Under the pieces are notes generated by a model. That model was not told the origin of the DNA, ran no database searches, and saw nothing but the letters and a program-made list of their open reading frames with translations. Both the position numbers and the translations under genes were made by a program. Positions 32,346 to 43,215 of a stretch of DNA of 64,000 nt are shown piece by piece. Source of the DNA: Candidatus Latescibacterota bacterium (GTDB lineage Bacteria; Latescibacterota; UBA2968; UBA8231); contig OZ242214.1 in NCBI GenBank assembly GCA_965206595.1, forward strand, positions 6,912,001 through 6,976,000, written 5' to 3'. Numbering within the stretch: the stretch's first letter is position 1; each line of letters begins with the position of its first letter.

Positions 32346-34787
32346 GATGGGACGGGAAATGGCTCAACGAACATCGCCTGGAATGGTTGCAGGAGCACCC
32401 CTCGACGCGCTATTCGGGGCGCGGAGTGATCGCCATCGACAACACCTTGGTCGGCCACAGCGGAGACAAGATCGAGGACGTGGGTTGGTTCTGGGATCAC
32501 TCCGACCAGCGCCATAGGATTGCCCACGACTACGTCATCGCCAACTACGTGTGCACCTCGGGGAAATACTATCCGATGGAATTCCGTCGCTTTCGCAAGC
32601 GCCGGGAAGGGGAGACGGACGCGTCCTTCAAGAGCCATACCGAGCTGTTCAAAGAGCTGGTGGACGGGGTCGTGTGCCGACAGATCCCGGGTGATTTCGC
32701 CTTCGACTGCTACTTCAGCAGTGTCGAGTGTCTCGATCACATCCATAGTCATGAGCGCGGCTACGTAGGAGCCCTGAAGAGCAACCGCAAGGTCGAGTTC
32801 AAGGGCGGCCTGATGAAGGCCGCGGAAGTGGCTGCGAATATCCCACCCGAGGATCGCAAACAGGTCAGCATCGGCAAGCGCAAACAATGGTATTTCACCA
32901 AAACCCTGAGTCTGCCCAAGCTCGAGCACCGGGTTCGCCTGGTGATCCTGTGGGATCGCAAGAACGGCAGGGAAGCGGTCAAGTTTCTACTCACCAATCG
33001 CGTGCACTGGGAGATCGCTCGTATACTGAACGTCTATCGCAAACGCTGGACAGGCACCGAGACCTTTCATCGGGACGGCAAGGAGCTACCTTCAAAAGGT
33101 GTGGAAAAAGAGAAAAGGCGACCCTAACCTTCCATTTTACAGTTCCAACCAAAACCGCCCGGTAGCCTCCGGGCACGGAAGGAGAGAGTCGCCATGAGAG
33201 AATCTACGCTGGAATCTGTAGCCCCGGCCATGCCCACGTTCGCCACGTTGGAGACCTGGGCCCGATCCTCGATCCAGGATCTGTTGCAACGGGTTCCGGA
33301 GGAGGAGGTGACGGAGTTTCTGGGACGGACGCGCTACCGGCGACGGTCCGCCGTAGACGGCACTCCCGGCTCCCGCAACGGGCACGGCAAACCGCGACAG
33401 GTGTCGTTGATGTCGGGCACCATCGAGGTGAGACGGCCGCGCGTTCGGGGATTGGAAGAGCGCTTCGAGAGTCGTATTCTGCCGCTGTTCATGCGCCGTA
33501 CCCACGAGGTGACCCGGATGCTGCCCGAGCTCTACCTGCACGGGCTGTCTCAGGGTGACTTCGAACGGGCTTTGCGGGGGCTTTTGGGCAACGGCGCTCC
33601 CCTGTCGGCTTCGTCCATTGGCCGGCTGCGGGCGCAGTGGGAGGAGGAGCTGGAGACTTGGCGAGAGCGACGTCTCGACGACCGCGAACTGGTGTATGCG
33701 TGGGCGGATGGCATCTACGTCAAGGCCGGGTTGGAGAAGGACAAGGCGGCCCTGCTGGTCGTCATCGGCGCCCTGAGTGATGGCCGGAAAGAGGTACTGG
33801 CCGTGTGGCCCGGCCACCGCGAGTCGACGGAGTCCTGGCTGAAGGTCCTGCGCGACCTGCGCGATCGGGGTCTGCGGGCCCCGCTGCTGTTGATGGCCGA
33901 CGGGGGCCTCCCAATTTGGAGCGCCACCGAACAGGTGTGGCCGCAGGCATCGCACCAGCGCTGCTGGAATCACAAGATCCTCAACGTGCTCGATGACCTG
34001 CCGAAGCGGGTTCAGGGAAAAGCGCGGGCGTTGTTGACGCAGATCCCTTCGGCGGAGACGCGCCAGGAGGCCGAGAACCGACGTAGCACGTTTGCCCGCC
34101 GCTACCGCGACCGGTATCCGCAGGCGGTAGCCACCCTCGAACGCGACTGGAAGCGCATGGTCACCTTCTACGACTTTCCCAGGGAGCACTGGAAACACCT
34201 GCGCACAACCAATCCGGTCGAGAGCCCCTTTGCGTCGCTACGCTTGAGGACCAATGCCGGAAAACGTTACAAACGCGTCCAGGGAGCAACCGCTCTGATT
34301 TGGCGCGTGTTGATGGTGGCAGAAAAACGCTTTCGAAAACTCAATGCGCCCGAATTACTGCCCCTCGTCTACGCCGGACAACAATACCAGGATGGGAAGC
34401 CCATCAAGAACGAAAAGACATCCACCAGGAGAAGGTTGGAGCGGGCCGCCTGATCTCATTTACACACCTTTTGACGTGACCTCACGGCAAGCACCATCTG
34501 GGCATGGGAGACTGTCAGTTACGCAGCGGCGAGGGCCAGACCCGGCATAGGTACCTCGTGATGCTGACGCACAGTCTGCTCAGGGCACGGATGCGGCAGG
34601 GCCGTGCGCGTGACTGGGCTCATACCGTGCTGACAACCATTGGCGAAGCCTGTCGAGCCGTGTCGCGAGAAACGCTCAACAAAACCATCTCCTGGGTAGT
34701 GGACCAAACCACAATAGGGTGGACAGAGCAGCGAATTGTCGCACACCTAAAACTTTAGTGAAAAAGCGGAGTTTGCAAAAGTCCAGT
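32346..34787 (+). mobile_element. IS701-family transposase, 5'-truncated and interrupted by IS256
   Basis: IAIDNT, FDCYF, YRKRWTGTETFHRDGK then HHLGMGDCQLR resuming after 34491; right end GAGTTTGCAAAAGTCCAGT. Confidence 0.8.
33083..34483 (+). mobile_element. IS256-family element with uninterrupted transposase ORF 33194-34453
   Basis: Inverted repeats GAGCTACCTTCAAAAGGTGTGGAAA / GAGGTCACGTCAAAAGGTGTGTAAA; 8-bp target duplication ACGGCAAG (33075-33082, 34484-34491); QRCWNH and TTNPVES motifs. Confidence 0.95.
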
Positions 34788-37368
34788 CCTGAGTTAAACA
34801 ATCCGGTGAAGATGGCTTATGACAACGGAAACGGCAGACAAGCCAGCGTCCTTGATGGGGGCGATTTCACTGTTGTTCAGACCGATACGGATACTACCCT
34901 GAACGGCATAGTCGATGTCGGAATGAAGGCAGCAGGAGCGTTGTATTCGGGGAATATCAACCCTTGTTATTCATGGAATTTTAGTGGAGAGGGCTGTACT
35001 GGGTGCCTCCCATGCTTAGATTTCAGAGGGAAACACAAGGCAGTATCGCCCTTTGAACCCATCACACAGTAGGACACCCAATGGGTGAATTACCGTCACA
35101 CACCGAGTCCGAGCAAGCCGGGCCGATTCAGCCGTCTTTCAACCGCTCCATCCACATCGAAGCCCGCCCCACCCACCTTGGCAGCGACACCGGTGCGCTG
35201 ATTGGGTCGACGCCCACTTCGAGGATCTCCGTACCCAAGACCAGATCACGCACCCGCTGCCGGAGCTGCTGCGCACACAGATCGTGCTGCTGGCACAGGG
35301 CTGGACCCACGCCGCCGACGCCGACGCGTTGCGCCAAGATCCGATCCTGCGTCTGGCGGTCAGCGATCGCAAAGGGCAGGCGCCGTTGCGCAGCGGCGAC
35401 GAAGACCGGCCGCAGGGACTGGCCAGTCAGCCGACGCTGTCGCGCCTGCTCGAGCAAGCCTCGACTGCCTATAACCGCGAGGTGTTGGAGGAAGCCGTCC
35501 TGCGCAGCGCCCGGTCTCGTTGCCGGCTGCTGGAAGGACGGATGAAATACGAGGAGTTGGCCGTCGACATGGATGCCCTGCCGATGCCGGCGCACGGGCA
35601 CCAGGCGGGGGTCGAATACAACGGCTACTTCCACGCCTCGGGGTACCATCCCCTGCTCCTCGGCTCGGCGCAGACGGGCGATTTCTTCGGTGCCGTGCTG
35701 CGGCCGGGCAACGTGCACGCCCATGAGGGCGCCTCAGAGGCTCTCGGCAAGCGCTTGGACTGGATTCAGTCGCATCTGGCCCGGCGCCTCATCCTGCGCT
35801 TCGACGCGGCCTCGGTGAGCGGGTCTTTCCTGAGTGAGCTGGAAGCGCGGGCCGACACCTCGTACGTGGCGCGCATCAAGAAGAATGCGCGCCTGGAGGA
35901 GCTGGCTCGTGCCTGGGTGGAAGGCTATCAGCAGGAGCTGGCGCAGCACCCGGAAGAGCTGCGGGAAGAGGGTTTTCGCTGTCGCGAGCTGCGCTATCAA
36001 GCCAGGTCCTGGGCGCAGCCCCGGCGGGTGGTGTTGGTCCTGGTCCCTTCCGAGACGGAAGAGCTGCCCATCGCCCGCCACTTCTTCCTGATCACCGACC
36101 AGAGTCCCCAGACGATGAGCGGCCGCGACCTGGTCGCCTTTTATCGTCAGCGCGGCCTTTTCGAGCGCATGCTCGGCGAGTTGAGCTCCACCCTCCAGCC
36201 TCAGCTCTCCTCTACCACCCGTCGCAAGCAACACTACCGGGGTCGAGAGCCGCGTCAGCGCACCCCGTCCCGGGATGCCTTCGCTGCCAACCAGGCGCTT
36301 CTGACCTTGAACCTGCTGGCCTACAACCTGCTTCACCTGGGCCGCCAGGCCGCCGAACGCGCCGAGGCCCGACGCGGGCGGCCCCGCACATACGGACGCT
36401 CGACGACGGCCCTGAGCCTGGACAGTTTTCGACGGCGCTACCTGCGCCTGCCGTCCCGCGTCACCTTGCATGGGCGCAGGGTGGGCGTCATCCTGACCCA
36501 AGGGACGGCGGCTGCCTGGGATCGTCTGTGGAGATTTCTGGCCACGCTCAAACCGGTGGACGCGGCGATGGCGTAAGCGCAGGCCGGGTCGGTCGGGATG
36601 ATGGGCTCGCAAAGGCAAGCGTCTTCGAGAAGGCGTGTACAATTTCAACAAGGTCGGTAGAGATAAGGAGACGGCTCTACCCAAAAAGCCGACTATAGAA
36701 GGGACGCAAGCCTCTGAGGCTAAGCAAAGGGGTCTCGGAAGCGCCTATGTCCGCTTATGCGCGGGTTGAATGAATAACAAAGGCTCAAAGACTGGTATTG
36801 CGAGAGCAGCGAGAATGCAGGTTCCAGCAAGGTCAGCTTTTGGATGATGATTGACGATCCTGATGCCCCAGTTGATATGATTCTGATGAAGGATCTATAC
36901 GTCTTATACAACAAATACAACAGCTACGCGAATAAGCCCTACTCCCTGAACATATCGCAGCCAGTGTTTCTTGAAGAATTTGCCAAAGCCTGCGACGTTG
37001 TTATTACCGACCCCTTCGTCCATCCGGGCACGAGAGCGGGGAAATACAACCAGAACCGCATTAGTGATGCAGCGGCAGAGCTGATATACGTCACTCGGGG
37101 AGACGGTAAAAGGTCGGTTCTTATTCTATGGTGGTGGGATCCCAACGAAGACAACCCCGCTCCTGGGGCCAATACTTCGGTCCTTTTCGGAAACTCCTTC
37201 GACAAGGCAGCAGAAAGTGACGTTGACGGCATCGGCGGGTGGAACTTCTCAGGGAGTGGGAATGATCTCAACTCCTTCACCAGCGATGATCCGGCAAAGA
37301 CTCAGAAAATCAGAGCCCTATGGAGTGCAATAAAATCCAAAAATTCAGGCTGGCAGTCGCCTTCGTAG
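34788..37368 (+). pseudogene. Low-GC orphan gene split by IS1380 (pieces 34788-34960 and 36789-37368)
   Basis: Removing the IS and one target copy joins ...ALYSGNI-KDWYCESSENAGSSKVSFW-MMIDDPD in one frame. Confidence 0.7.
34961..36783 (+). mobile_element. IS1380-family element; transposase 35081-36576 frameshifted near 35200
   Basis: Inverted repeats CCCTTGTTATTCAT / CCTTTGTTATTCAT; flanks ATCAA/CTCAA; LASQPTLSR, HGHQAG, YNGYF, LRPGN, YRQRG motifs. Confidence 0.9.
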
Positions 37369-38381
37369 TTGTAGCTGTTGTCAGCATAGCTGGCGCAGAA
37401 GAGAAGATTCTATTCAGCTCCGAGGACTGCGGTGGGATATGCGTATCCGATCCGGTCCCCGGAGCTTTTCTAATTCACCTGTCTGTCGATGAATCCCTAA
37501 GTGATACTACTGAGGGATCAATTTTTGATGGATTTCAGGTTGTAGACTTCGACGTGTCTCCAGACGGAAAGAAGATTGCTTTTCTTTCGTATAACGGAGC
37601 GCAGTCAGACATATGGGTAATGAACTCGGATGGCACTGACCTTGATAGAACAAGGCATCAATCGAGATACTGGATTGATCCAAGGCATCCAGAAAACAAA
37701 GAGATAACTCTTCGTCCGTGGTATTTGGGAGGGATTGCATGGTCTCCTGATGGATCAGAATTCCTTTGGACAGGTGCTTTTGTTAGGGGTGGTGGAATTG
37801 GTTTTACAGACCAGAACGGTAGACCAAGGGGATACATAGATCATTATCCGATTGATGGCATCGGGAATTCTATCTATTGGTCGGCCCTTAGTGGGGATAT
37901 TGTTTTTTCAAAAAATGGAATAGTCAGAATAAACCGAGAGGGAGACAAGATACAGGAATTTGATGTCCTCGGGCGCCACCCCCACCTATCTCCAGACGAA
38001 ACCAAACTGTCATTTTCTTTTCCGGGAGTGCGTTACAGCAGACGACAGGGATTAGAGGACAATGCTGTCAAAGACAGTCTTTTCGTTATGGACATGGAAA
38101 CCCGAGAAATAACATTTGTCGATCATGGATTAGAGCATGATTGGTCTCCGGATTCTCAGAGGCTTGTGTATGGATATTGGCCCTATGGAGGTAGCGAGGG
38201 GACTGTGTTCATTATCGATGCAGACGGAACTAATCAGGTTACTTTTTATGAATCTCAAAGTTACGTTACAGATATCGAATGGGTTTCCATATTCGATCCA
38301 TCCGGGCCGACAGGCATATCTCCAACCTCCTGGGGAGCTGTGAAAAATTCGGTGGACACCAATAGAGAGGACGACCGATGA
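37320..38381 (+). CDS. Secreted TolB/PD40-like beta-propeller protein with SWGAVK tail
   Basis: Signal peptide; SPDGKKIAF, WSPDG, WSPDSQRL repeats; low GC. Confidence 0.8.
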   Translation: MECNKIQKFRLAVAFVVVAVVSIAGAEEKILFSSEDCGGICVSDPVPGAFLIHLSVDESLSDTTEGSIFDGFQVVDFDVSPDGKKIAFLSYNGAQSDIWVMNSDGTDLDRTRHQSRYWIDPRHPENKEITLRPWYLGGIAWSPDGSEFLWTGAFVRGGGIGFTDQNGRPRGYIDHYPIDGIGNSIYWSALSGDIVFSKNGIVRINREGDKIQEFDVLGRHPHLSPDETKLSFSFPGVRYSRRQGLEDNAVKDSLFVMDMETREITFVDHGLEHDWSPDSQRLVYGYWPYGGSEGTVFIIDADGTNQVTFYESQSYVTDIEWVSIFDPSGPTGISPTSWGAVKNSVDTNREDDR

Positions 38382-38394
38382 ATAGATTCCTTAA

Positions 38395-38645
38395 CCCTTG
38401 TTATTCATGCAACCCGCGCATAGGCGGGCATAGGCGCTTCCGAGCCCCAATCGCATAGCCTCAGCGGCTTGCGTCCTTACTATAGTTGCCTTTTTGGGTA
38501 GAGCCGTCCCCGTACCTCTACAGACCTTTTTGAAATTGTACCCGCCTCCGTGGAGACGCTTCGCGTCCGAGCCCCCCCCCCCCGGACGACCCGGTCCCGG
38601 GGTTACGACCCAAGGGATGGCGGCTGCCTGGGACCGTCTGTGGAG
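38395..38645 (-). mobile_element. Diverged IS1380 right-end fragment in inverted orientation
   Basis: CCCTTGTTATTCATGCAACCCGCGCATAGGCGGGCATAGGCGCTTCCGAG aligns with the reverse complement of 36734-36783, and similarity continues for about 200 bp. Confidence 0.85.
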
Positions 38646-39241
38646 ACCACCGCTACTACCCGGCTCCCCATCGCTACCCCTACACCGCCGAGGATTTCGC
38701 CCGCCTGCGTTACCTGGCCTACCCCGACCTCTTCGCCCACAAGGACAAGACCTTCTACGTCGGTCCGGGCGCCGACCGCCCCGAGGCGGTCACCTACGGC
38801 CTCGGCGAGCAGCTGCCGCACCCCCTCGCCCCCGGCGAGTCGCGGACCGTGACCCTCGACGTGGCCGACGACATCGCCGCAAAACAGAAAGCCGGAGAAC
38901 TCTGGCGCTGCGAGCTGCAAGAGCTGCTGCAAGAGGACGAGGTGCGTTTGTTCTGGAACGGCGGCGAGATCGACGGCGGCGAGATACGCAAGGCCGACTA
39001 CGTCTTCCAGATGCGCCCCGGGGCGTGCACGCGGGGGTACCGCCTGCACGTCGACCTGAGCAGGGGGAGGGTGCCGGAGCAGGGGACCAACGAGCTGCGC
39101 GTCGAGCTGGTTACCAAGGACGAGCGCCTCGTCGACCCGGTCTCCGTGCACGACGTCTTCCTGGTGGTCGAGTACCTCAGACACCGGCACGCCCTCAGGG
39201 ACAACGAGCAGTACGGAATGCAGACGACCTTCACGCCGTAA
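38646..39241 (+). pseudogene. C-terminal fragment of a hypothetical (possibly glycoside hydrolase-like) protein
   Basis: High-GC coding-like frame (LAYPDLFAHKDKTFYV...QGTNELRVEL) with no start; begins at the IS fragment. Confidence 0.5.
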
Positions 39242-39414
39242 GCCCGTCCGGCGGAAACAACCGGCCGATTCTGCAGCGCTCCGGGTCCGGGCCGGGCAGC
39301 AGGATTCCGTGAAAGAGGATCAGCGGCAAACGGCGAATTCCGCGTGAATTCGCCATCGACGTGCTTGCTGCTGATCGGCTTGCCCCTGACCCCGGGGGCC
39401 GCCGCGTCAAAGCG

Positions 39415-40521
39415 CTATCCCGAGCGGTACTGCGCGAGCAGCTCGTAGTCCGGCTCCATCCCCAGGCCGGGGCGGTCCGGCACGGCCACGCAGCCCTCGG
39501 CGTCGAGCTTGAGCGGCTCCTTGAAGATGCGGCCCCGCAGCGGGTCGACGGTCTCGCGGTAGAACTCGAGGATCAGCCCGTTGGCGATCGCCGCCACCAG
39601 GTGGATGTGGATCTCCTGGGCGCCGTGCGGGGCGATGCGCAGGTCCTGCGCCGCGGCCAGCGCCGCGACGTTCATGAACTCGGTGATGCCCCCGAGGATC
39701 TGCGCGTCGGCGTTGAAGATGGCGGCCGACTCGTGCTCGATGAGGTCGCGGAAGCCGTAGCGGGTGTACTCGTTCTCGCCGGTGGCGATCGGGATCGCCG
39801 TCGCCCTGGCGACCTGGGCGTGGCCGCGGTAGTCGTCGGGGGCCACCGGCTCCTCGAACCAGAAGACGTCGAACGGCTCGATCTTTCGCGCCAGCTCGAT
39901 CGCCTCGTACGCGGCATAGGCGTTGTTGGCGTCGACGAGCAGCTTGATGTCCGGGCCGATCGCCTCGCGCACCGCCCGCACGCGCTCGACGTCCTCGGTT
40001 ATGGGCACGGCCCCGACCTTCATCTTAACCGCCTTCGCGCCGAGATCGAGGCTCTCCTCCATCTCCAGGGCCAGCTCCTTCAGCCCCTTCCCCTCCTCGT
40101 AGTAGCCCCCGGCGACGTACGCCGGGATGCGGTCGGTGAAGCCGCCGAGCAGCTTGTGCACCGGCTTCCCCAGGGCCTTCCCCATCAGGTCCCACAGGGC
40201 GATGTCGATGGCGCTGATGATGTGGGTCGACATGCCGCGGCGGCCGACGATCTTCGGCAGCCACATGTTCTCCCAGAGGCGGCGGTACGCGAAGGGGTCT
40301 TCCCCGATCAGGGCCTCCCGGAAGTGGGCCACCATGGCCTCGCCCACGGCTCCGGGCCGGGTGGCCGCGGTGCCTCCGCCCCAGCCGATCCCCGACAGCC
40401 CTTCGTCGGTGTGCACGTGCACGAGGTTGAGCACCACCGTCCTGTAGGTGTACTTGCCGTTGCGGATCGGCTTCGGCCGCGGCCAGGCGTAGCAGTCGAT
40501 GGTCACGTCGGTGATTTTCAT
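39415..40521 (-). CDS. Mandelate racemase/muconate lactonizing enzyme family
   Basis: SAIDIALWDLMGK, KMKVG, VDAN, WFEEP, ATGENE motifs. Confidence 0.95.
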   Translation of the reverse strand: MKITDVTIDCYAWPRPKPIRNGKYTYRTVVLNLVHVHTDEGLSGIGWGGGTAATRPGAVGEAMVAHFREALIGEDPFAYRRLWENMWLPKIVGRRGMSTHIISAIDIALWDLMGKALGKPVHKLLGGFTDRIPAYVAGGYYEEGKGLKELALEMEESLDLGAKAVKMKVGAVPITEDVERVRAVREAIGPDIKLLVDANNAYAAYEAIELARKIEPFDVFWFEEPVAPDDYRGHAQVARATAIPIATGENEYTRYGFRDLIEHESAAIFNADAQILGGITEFMNVAALAAAQDLRIAPHGAQEIHIHLVAAIANGLILEFYRETVDPLRGRIFKEPLKLDAEGCVAVPDRPGLGMEPDYELLAQYRSG

Positions 40522-40525
40522 CCGG

Positions 40526-41542
40526 CTATCCCACCTTAACAGGCAACACCCACGCACAGGGGGCGCCGGCGTCGTACTCGGCCGCCGGCTCGAGGGCGCC
40601 CCGTCCGTCGATGGCGAACGAGATCAGGATGTTGGACTGGTCGGCTCCCGAGAGCAGGTAATCGCCGTCGGCGTCGATCCCGAAGGAGCGGGGCATCCTG
40701 CCGGCCGGCTGCTGCCCCAGCGAGGAGATGGCGCCGCTTACCGGGTCGACGGCGAACATGGCGATGCTGTCCGGCCCCCGGTTCGAGGCGTACACGGCGC
40801 GCCCGTCCGGATGCAGGTGGAGCTGCGCGTTCGACTTCTCCCCCTCGAACCCCGCGGCCGGCAGGGTCGACTCGGTCTGCACCGCTTTGAGCTTCCCGCT
40901 GGTTTTGTCGAGGTGGTATACGGTGACACTGCACTCCTGCTCGTTGTCGGCGTACATGACGTCGAGGCGCGGGTGGAAGGCCATGTGGCGCGGTCCCTGG
41001 CCGGGACCTGCCGCGGTCTTTCCGTTGGGGGTCAGCCTGCCGCTGTTCTCGTCGAACAGGAACTGGTATATGGCGTTGGCGCCTTGGACGTGCGGCACGA
41101 AGGCGTAGCGGTTGGACGGGTCGGTCGCCACCCAGTGGGCGTAGCGCTCGGTTTCGCGGCGGTCGGCAGGAGGTCCGCAGGCGGCGCCGTCGGCCCCGAT
41201 CGGGTGCACGGTGACCAGACCGTCGCTGTAGTAGGCGGCCAGCAGGAAGCGGCCGCGGCGGTCGGTCGCCAGGTAGCAGGGGTGGCAGCCTTCGAGATCG
41301 ACCTCGCCGATCAATGAAAGGCCGCCGCTGCCCGGGTCGATGGCGTAGGTGGCGACGGCGATGTCCGACTCCTGCCGGGTCGTCACGTACAGGTGCCTTC
41401 TGTCCGGGTCCGTGCACATGGCCGAGCCGGCCGCGCGCAGCTCGATCTCCTCCGTCAGGATCAGGCCGCCCGAGCCGGGGTCGAGCTCGAGGATCAGCAG
41501 TCTCGGTTCGCCGCCTGTTGGGACGTAGACGTAATGGCCCAT
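40526..41542 (-). CDS. Lactonase, 6-phosphogluconolactonase (Pgl)-like beta-propeller
   Basis: GQGPRHMAFHP, YASNRGPDSIA, PRSFGID motifs. Confidence 0.9.
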   Translation of the reverse strand: MGHYVYVPTGGEPRLLILELDPGSGGLILTEEIELRAAGSAMCTDPDRRHLYVTTRQESDIAVATYAIDPGSGGLSLIGEVDLEGCHPCYLATDRRGRFLLAAYYSDGLVTVHPIGADGAACGPPADRRETERYAHWVATDPSNRYAFVPHVQGANAIYQFLFDENSGRLTPNGKTAAGPGQGPRHMAFHPRLDVMYADNEQECSVTVYHLDKTSGKLKAVQTESTLPAAGFEGEKSNAQLHLHPDGRAVYASNRGPDSIAMFAVDPVSGAISSLGQQPAGRMPRSFGIDADGDYLLSGADQSNILISFAIDGRGALEPAAEYDAGAPCAWVLPVKVG

Positions 41543-41594
41543 TTTGCGTCCTTTCTGTCGATTGTCAGCGGCCTGAAACGAAGAGGAGGAGCCG

Positions 41595-41969
41595 ATGCAA
41601 CGCAAGAACATCCCCGCCCCCGGAGAATTCCCCGCGGCCTACGGGTACTCCCGCGCCGTCAGGGTCGGCGATCAGATCCACGTCGCCGGCACCTGCGCCC
41701 AGCCTCCGCACGATACCGGGGACGCCTACGAACAGGCCACCGGCGCGCTGCGGATCATCGAGAACGCCCTCGCCGAAGCCGGGGCCTCTCTCGCCGACGT
41801 CGTGCGGACTGTCGTCTACATCACCGGGGTGGAGCACGCCGACGGGGTGACGCGCGCCCACGGAGAGGCCTTCCGAGGCGTCATGCCGGCGTCGACCATG
41901 GTGGTGATCGCCGCGCTCCTGAAACCGAACCTGTTCGTCGAGATCGAAGCCTACGCGATCCTGTCGTGA
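41595..41969 (+). CDS. RidA/YjgF family protein
   Basis: GYSRAVRVG, VAGT, PASTMV, VEIEA motifs. Confidence 0.9.
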   Translation: MQRKNIPAPGEFPAAYGYSRAVRVGDQIHVAGTCAQPPHDTGDAYEQATGALRIIENALAEAGASLADVVRTVVYITGVEHADGVTRAHGEAFRGVMPASTMVVIAALLKPNLFVEIEAYAILS

Positions 41970-42045
41970 AGGAGCGGCTGTCCGGTGTGAACGGCGGCGC
42001 GGGGTCACAGCCGCCCGGTTATATTTCGATGGACAAGGAAATGCC

Positions 42046-42390
42046 ATGGAAACAGCCGAGCCGGCCTGGGCGATAACCCAGGAAAAGGTCGACGAAACAG
42101 TCGCAAGGATCGTGCAGAAGTGTTCGCCCCGCCGGGTCATACTGTTCGGCTCCTTCGCGCGTGGCGAGAGCGATCGCAACAGCGATCTCGACCTGCTGGT
42201 TGTGACCCGGCACGAGGTCGAGAGCCCGCGGCGAGAAAGCGTGCGGATCCGCCGGGCATTACGCGACATCTCCATGCCCATGGATATCCTGGTCGTGTCG
42301 GAGAGCAGGCTGCAGGCTCTGGCGGACGCCCCCGGACTGATCTACCGCGAGGCGCTGCGCAACGGCAAGGTCGTTTATGAGTCGCGGTGA
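42046..42390 (+). CDS. Minimal nucleotidyltransferase (MNT) antitoxin
   Basis: ILFGSFARGESDRNSDLDLLVV motif. Confidence 0.9.
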   Translation: METAEPAWAITQEKVDETVARIVQKCSPRRVILFGSFARGESDRNSDLDLLVVTRHEVESPRRESVRIRRALRDISMPMDILVVSESRLQALADAPGLIYREALRNGKVVYESR

Positions 42391-42781
42391 CAGCCTTCCG
42401 CAGTCCGCCGCCGAGTGGCTGGCGCATGCGGAAAGCGACCTGCGCCTCGGCCGGCTGGGGTCGGGGGAGGAAGAGATTTTACCTGCTCAGATCTGCTTTC
42501 ACGCCCAACAAGCAGCTGAGAAAGCCCTGAAAGCCGTTCTTCTTTCCGCGGGAACGGATTTTCCGCTGACACATGATCTCGGGCAACTTCTCGAGCTGTG
42601 CGGCCACGCCGGAATTGAGATCCCTCCCGAAATCCTGGAGACCGACGGTCTGACCCCCTATGCTGTCGAGACCCGCTATCCCGGACAGCTTGACGAAGTC
42701 ACTCGTGCGGAAATGAGGCACGCCCTCATGCTGGCGGCCGAGACGGTCGCCTGGGCTCGCTCTCTGTTGGACGAAGGGTAG
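42377..42781 (+). CDS. HEPN-domain protein
   Basis: CFHAQQAAEKALKA, THDL, YAVETRYP motifs; overlaps the MNT gene. Confidence 0.9.
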   Translation: MSRGDSLPQSAAEWLAHAESDLRLGRLGSGEEEILPAQICFHAQQAAEKALKAVLLSAGTDFPLTHDLGQLLELCGHAGIEIPPEILETDGLTPYAVETRYPGQLDEVTRAEMRHALMLAAETVAWARSLLDEG

Positions 42782-42784
42782 TCC

Positions 42785-43213
42785 TCACGCCGGCTCGAAG
42801 GCGAGGAAGGTCCGCGCGCCGTCCGGACCGCCCCGGTGCAGAAACTTCACCTTCACCGGCATGCCGACGGCGAGTGTTTCCGGCGCCCTCGGGTCGACCC
42901 CCTCGATGCGGGCGACGACCCGCGCCCCTTCCCGCAGCTCCACGACCCCGGTGCAGTAGGGGTTGTCGCGGCCGTACCCCTCCTCGGACATGAACCGCGG
43001 CCCGATGGCGATGCTCGTGAACCCGGCCAGGGTCCCGGTCCCCTGCATCCGCTCCCACTCCATGCAGGTGCCGTAGCAGCGCGGGCAGAGGGATCGCGGC
43101 GGCACGAAGAGGCTGCCGCACGCCCGGCAGCGCGCCCCCATCAGCTTCTCCTCGGCGAGATAGCGCTCGAACGAGTGGTCGTTGACCGGTCTGGCCGCGG
43201 CCGCTTCTGACAT
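42785..43213 (-). CDS. Zn-ribbon/OB-fold protein (DUF35)
   Basis: CRACG...PPRSLCPRC, VVELREG, GMPVKV motifs. Confidence 0.9.
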   Translation of the reverse strand: MSEAAAARPVNDHSFERYLAEEKLMGARCRACGSLFVPPRSLCPRCYGTCMEWERMQGTGTLAGFTSIAIGPRFMSEEGYGRDNPYCTGVVELREGARVVARIEGVDPRAPETLAVGMPVKVKFLHRGGPDGARTFLAFEPA

Positions 43214-43215
43214 CG

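Noticed and set aside
39332-39354. Palindrome GGCGAATTC-N5-GAATTCGCC between convergent genes
   Set aside because: No T tract and only one copy seen; function cannot be supported.
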